A DNA stretch of 64,000 nt, taken from a bacterium. Lineage in GTDB: Bacteria; UBA10199; 2-02-FULL-50-16; JAJFLM01. The position numbers were made by a program, and so were the translations under genes. The stretch is taken from positions 2,240,001 through 2,304,000 of the forward strand of contig CBDCFN010000016.1 of NCBI GenBank assembly GCA_965216315.1. The letters run 5' to 3'. Every line of letters starts with the position of its first letter. The stretch's first letter is position 1. The notes beneath the pieces are model-generated. The model had not been told where the DNA came from. It searched no databases and saw only the letters and a list, made by a program, of their open reading frames with translations. This document shows positions 30,695-40,779 of the stretch, piece by piece.

Positions 30695-33600
30695 TTAACG
30701 CCTAACTAACGAACACCCGCCGCCGCTGGAGCCGGAAGCCGCTCTCACCGTTATCTTCTGGAAGTAACTGCCCACACCGGCGGCCCCGCAGTCAACCGAG
30801 ACCAGAATATTGCCGCCTCCGGTCGTTTCCGGCGTAAAATCCGTCGTACAGGCCGTCGTATCCGCGAAGCTACCGCGGGCACTCGGATCGACCGTCCAGT
30901 CGCAGGTACAACTCGACGGCGCGATCTGGGTCAGCACACTGCCGCTCGGACCGAGGGTCGGATCCGGAGCGTTAAGCGTCTCGACGACACCGACAATCAT
31001 GTTGTTAAAATCAACATCAGGATTCACGCCGGTCAGATCACCGGCGAGATTGGAAATGCAATCCGTCGTACAGCCGTCGGTATTGACGTCGTTGCCATCA
31101 TCGCAGTCTTCACCGGTATCGACGATACCGTCGCCGCAAATCGGCAGGGCACAATCCGACTGACATCCGTCGGCGTCAGTTGTGTTGCCATCGTCACACC
31201 CTTCCCCCGCTGCAGCATTATGGTTGCCATCACCACAGCTTGCGGTCGTACAATCATCATCACAGGTCGACGATTCACCGGACGTATCGCAACTTTCACC
31301 TGCGGTCGTATTCAAATTACCATCGCCACACGTCGCATCCGTGCAGTCATCATCACACGTCGCCGATTCACCACTATCGTCGCAATCTTCACCGGCCGCC
31401 GCGTTCGTCTTCCCATCGCCACAACTGGCAAGCGTACAATCGTCATTACAACTTGCTGACTCGCCACCGCCGTCACAGGCCTCACCGGCCATCGCATTGT
31501 GATTGCCGTCACCACAGCTCACGGCCGAGCAATCGTCATCACAGGTCGGTGACTCACCGGAATCATCGCAGCTTTCGCCGGGATCAATAAATCCATCACC
31601 GCATATTCCACTTTCATAGGCGCCAATATCGCAAACCGTATTGACGGGTCGGGTAAACCCGCGCTGATCCGTCGTGAGCGGGTTGCTGTCTTCATCCGTA
31701 CAACCGCCGGGATTTCCGGCATCAATCGCGGGACTCCCACTAGCCAAGGCATGAGTCTGGGTCGGACCCCCGTTGTCCGCTAGGGCGACCTCAAGGATAT
31801 CAGCGATTACATTGGCTCCGCTGCCAATGATGTTGGTCTGATCGCCCGGTCCCGCACCACCTAAACAGCCCGTGCTATCACCGAGAATGTTGTAGCCTGA
31901 GGATGTCAGCGGACCCGAGCAGTCCGGATGAACCGTAGGTCCTCCGCCAACACTGTCATCGTGATTGCCCGCAATAATCGAATTCTCCACCGTCACGGTT
32001 CCACCGGAGACACGAATACCGCCCCCATCATGATTGGACCCGTCATCCGTATCGCTATCGGCGGTGTTGTCCGTGATCGTCACGTTCTTGAGCGTGAAAT
32101 TACCGGTTCCCCAGGTGATCGCACCGCCGCCTTCGATGACACTGTTGCCACTGAAGGTCGAATTGACGATCGTTCCATCACCACCCGCACCTTGAGGAAC
32201 AAGGGCGCCCCCGAATTCCGCTGTGTTTCCCGTGAATAGACTATCCCGAATCACGAACTGGACGTCGTTGCCAAGTCGAACCGCTCCGCCGCCACTTCCC
32301 GTCGCGTCATTTTGATCGAAATGACAACGATCAATCTCCAAATCCGGTCCATTAACACTGAGACCACCACCAGATACACTGGAAGTATTCAACTGGAACA
32401 AACAGTCCGAAAGTCTGAGCGTTGAGGCTGTCTCAATACCCCCTCCATTAGCAGCGCTAATATCGCCATTCACGATACCCACCCCACTCATACTCACCGT
32501 GAAGGCATTGGTAAAAGCCGGATCGATATGAAAGACACGATCGATATTATTGGCATCAACCGTCGTTGACGTCGCTCCTGCTCCAGCCAAGGCCAAATGA
32601 CTTAAAACATCCAGGTCACCCGTCGCGGCGGCGTCTTCACCGGTTCCGGCAATACTCAGGGTATAGGTCCCCGCCGGAACAAAAATGATATCGAGCCCGG
32701 CATTGTCGTTGGCCTCTTGGATCGCGGCGCGCAGAGTACAATTAGTCCCGCCGTCATCGCATACGCCGTCGATCGTGTCATCGACGACATCAGACGTACT
32801 GTCGACCGTAAAGGCCTGGGCCTCGAACGCCCCGACATCACAGGTCGCCGTCGTATCCCCGTCACCATCGACTGAACGTGTTAACCCGCGTTGATCCACT
32901 CCTGCGATATCGGAATCGCTACCGCAAACGGTCTGATTCCCCGCATCGATCGCCGAGCTCCCCGGTAATAAAGATCTTGTCGTCGTCGTGCCGCCGTAAT
33001 CCGCCAAATCGGCCAGCAGCGGATCGGTATTTTGCTGGTCACCTGTCGCCGTAAAACCGCAGTCCGTGCCGCTCTCGATGTTGTTGCCACTCGAGGTGAT
33101 TGAGCCGCCACTACAGTTGTCCGGATTCTCACCCGTCCCCTCGGTATTGTCGGCGATGATGGTGTTCTGGATGGTGACTACCCCTGTCGAGTTATTGAGT
33201 ATTCCGCCACCCAATTGACCAGAATCTCCCAGGTCCGCTCGATTATTGACGATCGTTGAGTTAATGATGGTAATCGAAGTGGTACTATTATTAAAGATGG
33301 CGCCGCCATTGTTATCGGAGTCGTTTCCACTCAGCGTCGAATTCTTGATCGTCACCGTAAAGCCATCGGAAGCATTTTCATTGACGAAGATCGCGCCACC
33401 GTCACCATTGATGTCATTGTTTGAGAATGTCGAGTTAAGAATCACCGCATCAGAGCTGTTCACCAGCAGAGCCCCATCCGAACCACTCGTTGACTGATTG
33501 CCGGTGATCACGCAGGAATCTATGGTTATAGTACTCAGAGAGGCGCGAACACCGGCACCCTGACCACTCGAGATATCACCGCCGGTAATCGTAACTCCCG

Positions 33601-33964
33601 ATAATTCGTATGTACCATTATTAAAATTGAGTACTCGTCCTACACCGGCAGCATCGACGGTCAGCTGATCGGCCCCGGGTCCCGTGATCACGACGTCGGC
33701 AACCACCGTATCGAGGACCGATCCCAACGTGATCGTTCCGCTGACTCCGGTCAGATCAATGGTTTCGCTGCTATCATCACCGGCAATACATTCGCCTCCC
33801 ATCGCACCGGAGGCCGTGTTGGCATTCGCTGCGATAATCGCCTCGCGTAGGGTACAGACGCCATCATCCGCCGCGGTATCTCCCGTGTCATTGACGACAA
33901 TTGTCGCCGCCGAGGCCGTTAAACTGAAAAAAACACTCAAAGTAATCAGGGTATAGCGAAACAT
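30695..33964 (-). CDS. Secreted double CSLREA/beta-helix protein with Cys-rich repeats and GGGCSLVRR tail
   Basis: Two CTLR.AI..AN modules, each ending DQRG...CD.GA.E; GAGGA before ATG 33964. Confidence 0.9.
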   Translation of the reverse strand: MFRYTLITLSVFFSLTASAATIVVNDTGDTAADDGVCTLREAIIAANANTASGAMGGECIAGDDSSETIDLTGVSGTITLGSVLDTVVADVVITGPGADQLTVDAAGVGRVLNFNNGTYELSGVTITGGDISSGQGAGVRASLSTITIDSCVITGNQSTSGSDGALLVNSSDAVILNSTFSNNDINGDGGAIFVNENASDGFTVTIKNSTLSGNDSDNNGGAIFNNSTTSITIINSTIVNNRADLGDSGQLGGGILNNSTGVVTIQNTIIADNTEGTGENPDNCSGGSITSSGNNIESGTDCGFTATGDQQNTDPLLADLADYGGTTTTRSLLPGSSAIDAGNQTVCGSDSDIAGVDQRGLTRSVDGDGDTTATCDVGAFEAQAFTVDSTSDVVDDTIDGVCDDGGTNCTLRAAIQEANDNAGLDIIFVPAGTYTLSIAGTGEDAAATGDLDVLSHLALAGAGATSTTVDANNIDRVFHIDPAFTNAFTVSMSGVGIVNGDISAANGGGIETASTLRLSDCLFQLNTSSVSGGGLSVNGPDLEIDRCHFDQNDATGSGGGAVRLGNDVQFVIRDSLFTGNTAEFGGALVPQGAGGDGTIVNSTFSGNSVIEGGGAITWGTGNFTLKNVTITDNTADSDTDDGSNHDGGGIRVSGGTVTVENSIIAGNHDDSVGGGPTVHPDCSGPLTSSGYNILGDSTGCLGGAGPGDQTNIIGSGANVIADILEVALADNGGPTQTHALASGSPAIDAGNPGGCTDEDSNPLTTDQRGFTRPVNTVCDIGAYESGICGDGFIDPGESCDDSGESPTCDDDCSAVSCGDGNHNAMAGEACDGGGESASCNDDCTLASCGDGKTNAAAGEDCDDSGESATCDDDCTDATCGDGNLNTTAGESCDTSGESSTCDDDCTTASCGDGNHNAAAGEGCDDGNTTDADGCQSDCALPICGDGIVDTGEDCDDGNDVNTDGCTTDCISNLAGDLTGVNPDVDFNNMIVGVVETLNAPDPTLGPSGSVLTQIAPSSCTCDWTVDPSARGSFADTTACTTDFTPETTGGGNILVSVDCGAAGVGSYFQKITVRAASGSSGGGCSLVRR

Positions 33965-34118
33965 TCTTTTCTCCTCATTTAAGTAGGCATACACACACTA
34001 ATTTCCACGTCTCCCCATAGCGCAGGGATGATCGACAGCTCAGCAAAGAGACCTTGTAGAGTCAATATTAAGCCTCTCGACGACGACAAATACCGTATCT
34101 CTCCGGATACACCCCGGA

Positions 34119-37100
34119 TCAGCGCCTTACCAGCGAACAACCGCCACTGCTGCTCCCGTTGCCGTTCGTGTCTCCGGACTCGTTCGTACAATCGGCGGCA
34201 CAACCGTCTCCCGCGGTCGTGTTGCCGTCATCGCATTCTTCACCGGTATCCAGGGTCCCATCCCCGCAAACGCCGCCACTCGTCGTTTCGGTCGTGCAGT
34301 CCGCGGCACATCCATCGCCATCAGCTGCATTACCGTCATCACACTCTTCGCCGGCGTCGACGATCCCATCCCCGCACACAGGAAACTGACAATCCGACTG
34401 GCAACCGTCTCCATCGGTCGTATTCCCATCGTCACAGGCCTCGCCGGCGGTGGCATTGGTCGTACCATCGCCACAAACGGCATCCGTGCAATCATCATCG
34501 CACGTCGCCGACTCCCCACTATCATCACAATCCTCGCCGGCCGCCGCATTCACATTGCCATCACCACAACTGACCGCCGTGCAGTCGTCATCACAGCTCG
34601 CCGACTCGCCGCCGTCGTCACAGGCCTCACCGGCCATCGCATTGTGATTACCGTCGCCGCAACTCACCGCCGAGCAATCGTCGTCGCAGGTCGCCGACTC
34701 ACCACTGTCGTCACAGGTCTCGCCGCCATCGACCTCACCATCGCCACAAGTGCCATTTTCGTAGGCCCCGACATCACACACGCTATTCACCGGTCGCGTG
34801 AAACCGCGTTGATCGGTATCAAGCAGCACGCCATCCTTATCGCGGCAACCCGCGCCATCACCCGTATCAATAGCCGGGCTATTTGCCGCCAAGGCATGCG
34901 TCTGGGTCGGGCCACCATTATCCGCAAGTGCCAGATTGATGATGCCAGCCAGGGTATAAGTCCCGTCAAAGATAATATCGACTTGATCGCCCGTATCTGC
35001 CCCGTAGGTACAACCCGAGTCATCACCAACGATATTGTATTCCGCCGAAGAGATATTCCCGCTACAGTCGGGACCAGTGCCGCCGTTGCTCCTATTGCCG
35101 GCAAGTAAAGTATTTTTCAGCGTAATGGTACCGCCACTGCTTTGATAGATGCCCCCACCATTCCCATTGCCAATCCCGCCGTCACTGTTATCGAGATCCG
35201 AATCGTTGTCGACAATCGTCACATTGTTCAGCGTCGCCGTTGGAAACAGGACCGCCAAACCACCGCCATGGTGATTGGTTTGGTTCCCCGAGATCGTGCT
35301 GTTGGTGATATCCAAAGTACAACTATCGCAGGCAATGCCGCCACCTACACTCGTGATCGTTGCCGTCGAGGTATTCCCCGAGATCGTCGAGTTACTGATA
35401 GTCAGTGTTCCATTACTCGTCGCAATCCCCCCTCCGCTCGCGGAAGCCGTATTACCACTGATAGTGCAATTATTGATCGTCAAATCAGAACCGACATTGG
35501 CACCGATACCACCACCATTACCGGAACTCCCGAGATTGGATTCATTGCCACTGACCGTGCAGTCACTCAAGGTAACCGTCTCACCGTTCGAAACAAAGAT
35601 ACCGCCTGCAGCACCACCTACCAAACCGTTACTAATCGTCATACCGGAGAGCGTAAAGGTATTATCGTTGGTTGAACTACTAAATTGAAGAACCCGCGAA
35701 TTTTGTCCGTTATCAATCGTAAGATTGCTCTGCCCCGGACCGTAAATCGCTACAGATTCAGAAGCACTGAGGACGGCTGTCGTATTGATCGTCCCGGTCA
35801 CGGAGAAATGAATCGCCTCCGGCCCGGGTCTATTCACGGCATTCGCCTGCTCAATAGCGGCCCTCAACGTACACGGACCGTCGCCATCACTGTCATCGGT
35901 ATCACAATAACCATCCGCGGTACTGAAATCGGATCCGTCTGCCAAGCTATCGACGACGTAGACCTGTAGTTCAAAAGCCCCAACGTCACAGATGACCATG
36001 CCGTCTCCGTCGGCGTCATCGGAACGAGTGTGTCCGCGCTGGTCCAGGAAATTAATATCCGGATCCGTGCTGCAAGGCGTATCATTGCCCGCATCGATGG
36101 CCGGGCTGCCGGGCAAGAGGGCCCGGGTCATCGTGTCTCCTCCGTTGTCAGCTAAATCTCTTAGTAGGGGATCCGTATTTTGCTGATCAGCTCCGGCCGT
36201 AAAACCGCAGTCGCTACCGCTTTCGATATTGTTGCCGTTTGAACTAATCCCGCTCCCATCGCAGTTATCGTCGACTCCAGAAGCCTTATTATCCGCAATA
36301 ATTGAATTGAGGACACTAATAGATCCGCCAGCCGAATCATCCGCAAGTCCGCCGCCAAACCACGTATTCGCATTGCCGTCATCCGCATCATTATTAGTCA
36401 CCGTCACATTCACCAGCGTCGCCGTCGCCGCAGCCCCTACAATACCAATACCGCCTCCAGGACCAGACGTGGTATTATCGTGAATCGTCGAATTCTTGAC
36501 GATCAATGTACCGCCATTAGTGTGAAGACCTCCACCAAAGTTCCCTGCTTCATTATTGTCGATTGTCGAGTTAATAATGGTGATTGTTGAACTGGTACCG
36601 GATACTCCACCGCCGTTAGGAGTTCCCGACGTTGCGGTATTGCCCGTGATGTGACAGGAATCAATATTAAGAGTTTCCCCCGATCCCACCAGAACACCAA
36701 CACCATTTCCTCCCGCTAGCTGGCCACCTGTAAGTTCCAACCCGCTGAGATTAAATGTTTGATCGTTAGACGTGCTATTGAAATTGAAAACACGTGCACT
36801 GGTCGTCGCCCCATTGGCATCAATCGTCAACTGGTCCGCACCAAGCCCAGTAATCGTAAGCGATTCCGTTATATTATCGAGTCCCGTTGAAGCCAAAGTA
36901 ATCTTACATGGACACCCCGCCAGACTAAACTGGATTTCATCGGCCCCTGAATTGTTTGCATGATTGGCCTCTTCAATTGCTGCACGAAGGCTACATTGAT
37001 TGCCCCCCGTTCCAAGGTCAGCATCGCAAACGCCATCACCTATATTGGCATCTGATGCATCAACATCCGTGTCACCATCTTTTTGGTTAACAGTAAACGT

Positions 37101-37160
37101 CGCCGCCGTCGCAGTCGCACTCGTGAACAAGATAAATAACGTGATGACCCATTTGGACAT
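34119..37160 (-). CDS. Secreted double CSLREA/beta-helix protein with Cys-rich repeats and GGCSLVRR tail
   Basis: CSLRAAIEEAN, CTLRAAIEQAN, GGG/NNT repeats, CGDG repeats. Confidence 0.9.
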   Translation of the reverse strand: MSKWVITLFILFTSATATAATFTVNQKDGDTDVDASDANIGDGVCDADLGTGGNQCSLRAAIEEANHANNSGADEIQFSLAGCPCKITLASTGLDNITESLTITGLGADQLTIDANGATTSARVFNFNSTSNDQTFNLSGLELTGGQLAGGNGVGVLVGSGETLNIDSCHITGNTATSGTPNGGGVSGTSSTITIINSTIDNNEAGNFGGGLHTNGGTLIVKNSTIHDNTTSGPGGGIGIVGAAATATLVNVTVTNNDADDGNANTWFGGGLADDSAGGSISVLNSIIADNKASGVDDNCDGSGISSNGNNIESGSDCGFTAGADQQNTDPLLRDLADNGGDTMTRALLPGSPAIDAGNDTPCSTDPDINFLDQRGHTRSDDADGDGMVICDVGAFELQVYVVDSLADGSDFSTADGYCDTDDSDGDGPCTLRAAIEQANAVNRPGPEAIHFSVTGTINTTAVLSASESVAIYGPGQSNLTIDNGQNSRVLQFSSSTNDNTFTLSGMTISNGLVGGAAGGIFVSNGETVTLSDCTVSGNESNLGSSGNGGGIGANVGSDLTINNCTISGNTASASGGGIATSNGTLTISNSTISGNTSTATITSVGGGIACDSCTLDITNSTISGNQTNHHGGGLAVLFPTATLNNVTIVDNDSDLDNSDGGIGNGNGGGIYQSSGGTITLKNTLLAGNRSNGGTGPDCSGNISSAEYNIVGDDSGCTYGADTGDQVDIIFDGTYTLAGIINLALADNGGPTQTHALAANSPAIDTGDGAGCRDKDGVLLDTDQRGFTRPVNSVCDVGAYENGTCGDGEVDGGETCDDSGESATCDDDCSAVSCGDGNHNAMAGEACDDGGESASCDDDCTAVSCGDGNVNAAAGEDCDDSGESATCDDDCTDAVCGDGTTNATAGEACDDGNTTDGDGCQSDCQFPVCGDGIVDAGEECDDGNAADGDGCAADCTTETTSGGVCGDGTLDTGEECDDGNTTAGDGCAADCTNESGDTNGNGSSSGGCSLVRR

Positions 37161-37330
37161 GATTCCCCCTTGTAAGTTGCGCCCAGGCGTGACCGCATGA
37201 AGGCGTTATTGTACGCATGTGGGGTGGAGATAGGCAAGCACAAGGCCCGTGATCAGCGGCTTAGAGGCCTACCTGGCTCAAAATGGCCTAAATAACCATG
37301 AATTACAGGCGATCCCTCGCTTGTATTCGT

Positions 37331-37368
37331 GAGATTGCCACGTCGGCTTTGAGCCGACTCGCAATGAC
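37331..37368. repeat. Fragment of a GAGATTGCCACG...CTCGCAATGAC-type intergenic palindromic element
   Basis: GAGATTGCCAC-GTCGGCT-TTG-AGCCGAC-TCGCAATGAC; single copy in the window. Confidence 0.55.
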
Positions 37369-37387
37369 AACAATTGATTTTATTAAA

Positions 37388-38950
37388 TTACTTCCTAATC
37401 AACGAACAGCCACCGGAACCGCCGCTTTCATCCGTACAGGTACTGCTGCAACCATCCCCGGCCGTCGTATTGCCATCGTCGCACTCCTCGCCGGTCTGGA
37501 GAATCCCGTCGCCGCAAGCGGCCGCCCCTTCATTTTGACAAGTGGAAGAACAACCATCACCGTCAGCCGTGTTCCCGTCGTCACACTGCTCGCCCGCATC
37601 GACGGTGCCATCGCCGCAGGCAGCACCGCCGCCGGTCTCAGTCGTGCAATCCGCCGCACAGCCGTCGCCGTCCGTCGTATTACCATCGTCACATTCTTCA
37701 CCGGTGTCGACGTTGCCATTCCCGCAACCGACCTCGACGGCGCCCGCATCACACAAGGCCGTCCCGTCGCCGTCCCCGTCGGCAGGACGCGTAAAGCCAC
37801 GCTGGTCTGCGGTCAACTCAATCGCGTCTTCATCGACGCAGGAGCCGTCGGCAATGAGATCGATCGCCGGGCTATTGGCCGCCAGCGTGTGCGTCGGTGT
37901 CGGTCCTCCGTTATCCGCCAGTGTCGCTGCGACGATGGGATCGGTTACGGAGTTGTCGTCGCCGGTCTGATTAAACTGACCTGCGCAGGTCGCATCATCG
38001 CTGAGGTTATGGCCATCGGAGCTGAGATTGGCAAGAGTACCCGCACAATTTTGCTTCACGCCATTAGCCGTATTATTAACGAAAATAGAATTTTGTATTG
38101 TCGCATTCTGCGTAATCAGCAGCGCACCACCCGCGCCGGCTGGATCAGCAGCTTCATTGTTAACAAACGTCGAACTAAAAACATTCAGTGTCCCGGTACT
38201 GTTTTCTATAGCGCCACCACCCGTTGTATTGCTGGTCGATGTGTTGTTCGAGAACGTGCTGTTAATAACGAAACATGTCCCCGTTTCACAGAAAAAGGCT
38301 CCGCCACGACTACTCGCCGTATTATCGGACAGAGTTGTGTTACGGAAGATGACCGTCTGATTATTGTTCATCGCCACGCTGCCACCGTCAGTACCATCTC
38401 CATTTTTTAAGTGGCATTCCTCTATAAGAAGCGCGAATTTGGTGTCGTCACCCGCACCGTCGCTGACGGTATACACGTGACCTCCGCGACCACTCGACGG
38501 GAGGTTGTCGGCATCAAGTGTCATCCCCTTAATGACCACTGTACCATTGGTCGCAAGATTCGGATGAAAATGCCGGTCATCAAAGCCGGGGCCGGATTTT
38601 ATCGTCGTCAGATCGGCGCCGGCTCCCATGATCGTCACCGGTTCAAAAATATCCAGGTCCCCGATATTTTCAAATTGATTGAACGCGTCTTGATCCGTCT
38701 CCGTATTGGCATTGCGGTCGATGTCAATTATGTATTCCCCTTCACCGAGTATAATCACATCATGCGCCGCATCGGTATTGGCCTTAATCACCGCTCCACG
38801 CAAACTGCAGTCATTATCCGTCGCGTCATCACAAGTTGTCGCTGCCGCATTATCGTCGGTGCGATCAACGAGGTAGGTCGCCGCCTGAATCTGCGTTGAA
38901 AAAAACAGCGCCGCTAACGTTATTACGATATAAGAATAAAATTTTGCCAT
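37388..38950 (-). CDS. Secreted CSLREA/beta-helix protein with Cys-rich repeats and GGCSLIRK tail
   Basis: CSLRGAV..AN, GDLDI, LADNGGPT, CDAGAVE, ECDDGN repeats. Confidence 0.9.
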   Translation of the reverse strand: MAKFYSYIVITLAALFFSTQIQAATYLVDRTDDNAAATTCDDATDNDCSLRGAVIKANTDAAHDVIILGEGEYIIDIDRNANTETDQDAFNQFENIGDLDIFEPVTIMGAGADLTTIKSGPGFDDRHFHPNLATNGTVVIKGMTLDADNLPSSGRGGHVYTVSDGAGDDTKFALLIEECHLKNGDGTDGGSVAMNNNQTVIFRNTTLSDNTASSRGGAFFCETGTCFVINSTFSNNTSTSNTTGGGAIENSTGTLNVFSSTFVNNEAADPAGAGGALLITQNATIQNSIFVNNTANGVKQNCAGTLANLSSDGHNLSDDATCAGQFNQTGDDNSVTDPIVAATLADNGGPTPTHTLAANSPAIDLIADGSCVDEDAIELTADQRGFTRPADGDGDGTALCDAGAVEVGCGNGNVDTGEECDDGNTTDGDGCAADCTTETGGGAACGDGTVDAGEQCDDGNTADGDGCSSTCQNEGAAACGDGILQTGEECDDGNTTAGDGCSSTCTDESGGSGGCSLIRK

Positions 38951-39073
38951 GATATCGACCCCCTGGTTTCGTGGAATCGTAAGTATACCCTATTGAGCAA
39001 AGCAGACAAGTTTTGTCGGATATGTGTATCAATTGGCAGGAATCAAGGGCAGAGGCCTCGATCTATCGAATTT

Positions 39074-39850
39074 CTATTCGGGCATTTCCTCGACCGACCC
39101 ATCCGTATTCATCATTGCCCCGTCTTTTGCGATACGCTCCATGAGTTCGTGTAGTGGAACGGCATGACTCCGACGGGATTCAAACTTTCGCTCTTCATGC
39201 TTTTCATCCGTCGCCGCACCTTCTTCCGCGTCGTCATCCTCCCGCATTTCCTTTGCTTGCATCGGCATCAATCCAGCCAGATGACCGTAACTGGATTTAT
39301 TTAAAGTTGTGAATGAAGTATCCGTCTCTGCTTCGGTATTCGGAAGCGCGACCCAACGATCGTCGTCGAGAGCCAGACCAAGCTGTCCCCAGCTTAGCGG
39401 ACGTTCGCTCGCCTCGACATGAAGCTGTTCACTCAAACCCTCTTCCGTCGTGAAAAGCAAAGGGATCTGCTCCTCGCTGCTGAGACTCAAGGAGAAATGA
39501 TAATACTGCCCGGTCTCAACCCAAAAACTAAAACGACACTCGAAATCGACCGAACCGATGACGACGGTTTGAGGACCCTGCTGCACCCAAATCTGGCGTC
39601 CGACGCAGTCGCCGTCGCCCGCGAATTCCGCTTCTGCCTGCCACTCGGACTGCGGCGGCACCATGCCGATGATCTGGCGATAGGCGGACGGTGGATTACC
39701 GGCCTCGGTCCCGCCTTGAAACTGGCTTAGCGGCGGCTGCGTGCCGCAGGCAAAGCCGCCCAGGGCCTGAATGAACAGGCCCACCACGATGACGATGCAT
39801 TTTCGTATGGTGTATTCTCCCGATAAGATATTTTGCTTAAGTGAGAACAT
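39074..39850 (-). CDS. Lipoprotein of the GNP-motif family (start uncertain)
   Basis: GFAC lipobox, GGTEAGNP, ECRFSF.V.TG.YY; closest in-window paralogue is 20779-21450. Confidence 0.75.
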   Translation of the reverse strand: MFSLKQNILSGEYTIRKCIVIVVGLFIQALGGFACGTQPPLSQFQGGTEAGNPPSAYRQIIGMVPPQSEWQAEAEFAGDGDCVGRQIWVQQGPQTVVIGSVDFECRFSFWVETGQYYHFSLSLSSEEQIPLLFTTEEGLSEQLHVEASERPLSWGQLGLALDDDRWVALPNTEAETDTSFTTLNKSSYGHLAGLMPMQAKEMREDDDAEEGAATDEKHEERKFESRRSHAVPLHELMERIAKDGAMMNTDGSVEEMPE

Positions 39851-39858
39851 CACCTAAG

Positions 39859-39919
39859 TTATCGAAAGAATAAAGGAAATGTTGTATACAGCGGAAAATA
39901 TCTGTTGACTCAAGTCAAC
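39859..39919 (-). promoter_or_regulatory. Promoter CAAC-N15-TCGATAA (39859-39884) with GTTGAC-TCAA-GTCAAC (39904-39919) 19 bp upstream
   Basis: Perfect palindrome at the conserved spacing. Confidence 0.75.
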
Positions 39920-39929
39920 AGCTGCGCCT

Positions 39930-40754
39930 TTAGCGCAGCTGTTCGTGCAGATCTTCCGGATCTTCGATCGGCTGCTGCGCGCCACCGATCTCATTCAATG
40001 ATTTGATGACCTTAATAACGCTGTCTCTTTTGATCATCATTTTATCATCACCCTGTTCTTCTTCCTGCTCCGTAATACCGTAAGTTCCGGTGAACGGATT
40101 AGTCACCTCTTCGGCGCCTTGATTCTCCTCGGTGCCGCCAAAGCCTTCTGCAGGACCGGCCTGTTCCGTCTCGTCTTCACCTTCGCCCTCAGGATAATAG
40201 GGACCGCCGGTCCCTTCACTGGACCCGCCCGCCCGGGCGGCATAACTATCGCCTTGCTGGTAGAAGGAGATCTTGCCAATATCGTGGGTCACTCCGCGGC
40301 CTTCGAAACGGACATGAGGCGTATCATCATCGCCAAAGCCAACTCGAACCCGGGTGCCGTCAGGCATTTCAATATCAAACATATACTTGTCGCCAGACCG
40401 CAATCCAGGGATCGTAAAATCACAACTCGGCGTTACAGACGCACTTGTCTCTAAATGAGTGTGCACGTTCGTGGCAATAACCTTAACGCCCGCGCAGGCG
40501 TTCGGTAAATTCGGATCAAAACCGGGAATCTCCTGCATACGAGGAACGTTACCGGTCACCGAAACGATGCCGGGGTTTTCGGCCTGCCCGGGATCTTGAT
40601 CAGTCACCGAGGGACCGTTCCTGGGGTTACCCGCTTCGGTACCGCCTCGAAGTCCGGGATTTCCTAAACCGCCACCACTACCCCCAGTATTGCAAGCAGT
40701 GACCGTTATCGCCACGACAGCCAAGGTTAAAACTAAATTAAATGCTTTCTTCAT
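39930..40754 (-). CDS. Lipoprotein of the GNP-motif family
   Basis: MKKAF...VTAC lipobox, GGGLGNP and GGTEAGNP, SCDF.I.....G..Y; directly after TIGR02147 copy 2. Confidence 0.8.
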   Translation of the reverse strand: MKKAFNLVLTLAVVAITVTACNTGGSGGGLGNPGLRGGTEAGNPRNGPSVTDQDPGQAENPGIVSVTGNVPRMQEIPGFDPNLPNACAGVKVIATNVHTHLETSASVTPSCDFTIPGLRSGDKYMFDIEMPDGTRVRVGFGDDDTPHVRFEGRGVTHDIGKISFYQQGDSYAARAGGSSEGTGGPYYPEGEGEDETEQAGPAEGFGGTEENQGAEEVTNPFTGTYGITEQEEEQGDDKMMIKRDSVIKVIKSLNEIGGAQQPIEDPEDLHEQLR

Positions 40755-40779
40755 GATGTAACACCCTTTCGTACGCTTC

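Noticed and set aside
26371..38899. Many plus-strand ORFs (e.g. 37298-38410) over the surface-protein array
   Set aside because: Antisense shadows of repetitive Gly/Asp/Cys/Thr codons; no independent features.
26462..38950. Diversity-generating retroelement or invertible locus behind the near-identical repeats
   Set aside because: No reverse transcriptase or recombinase in the window; differences seen are mostly synonymous rather than adenine-specific.
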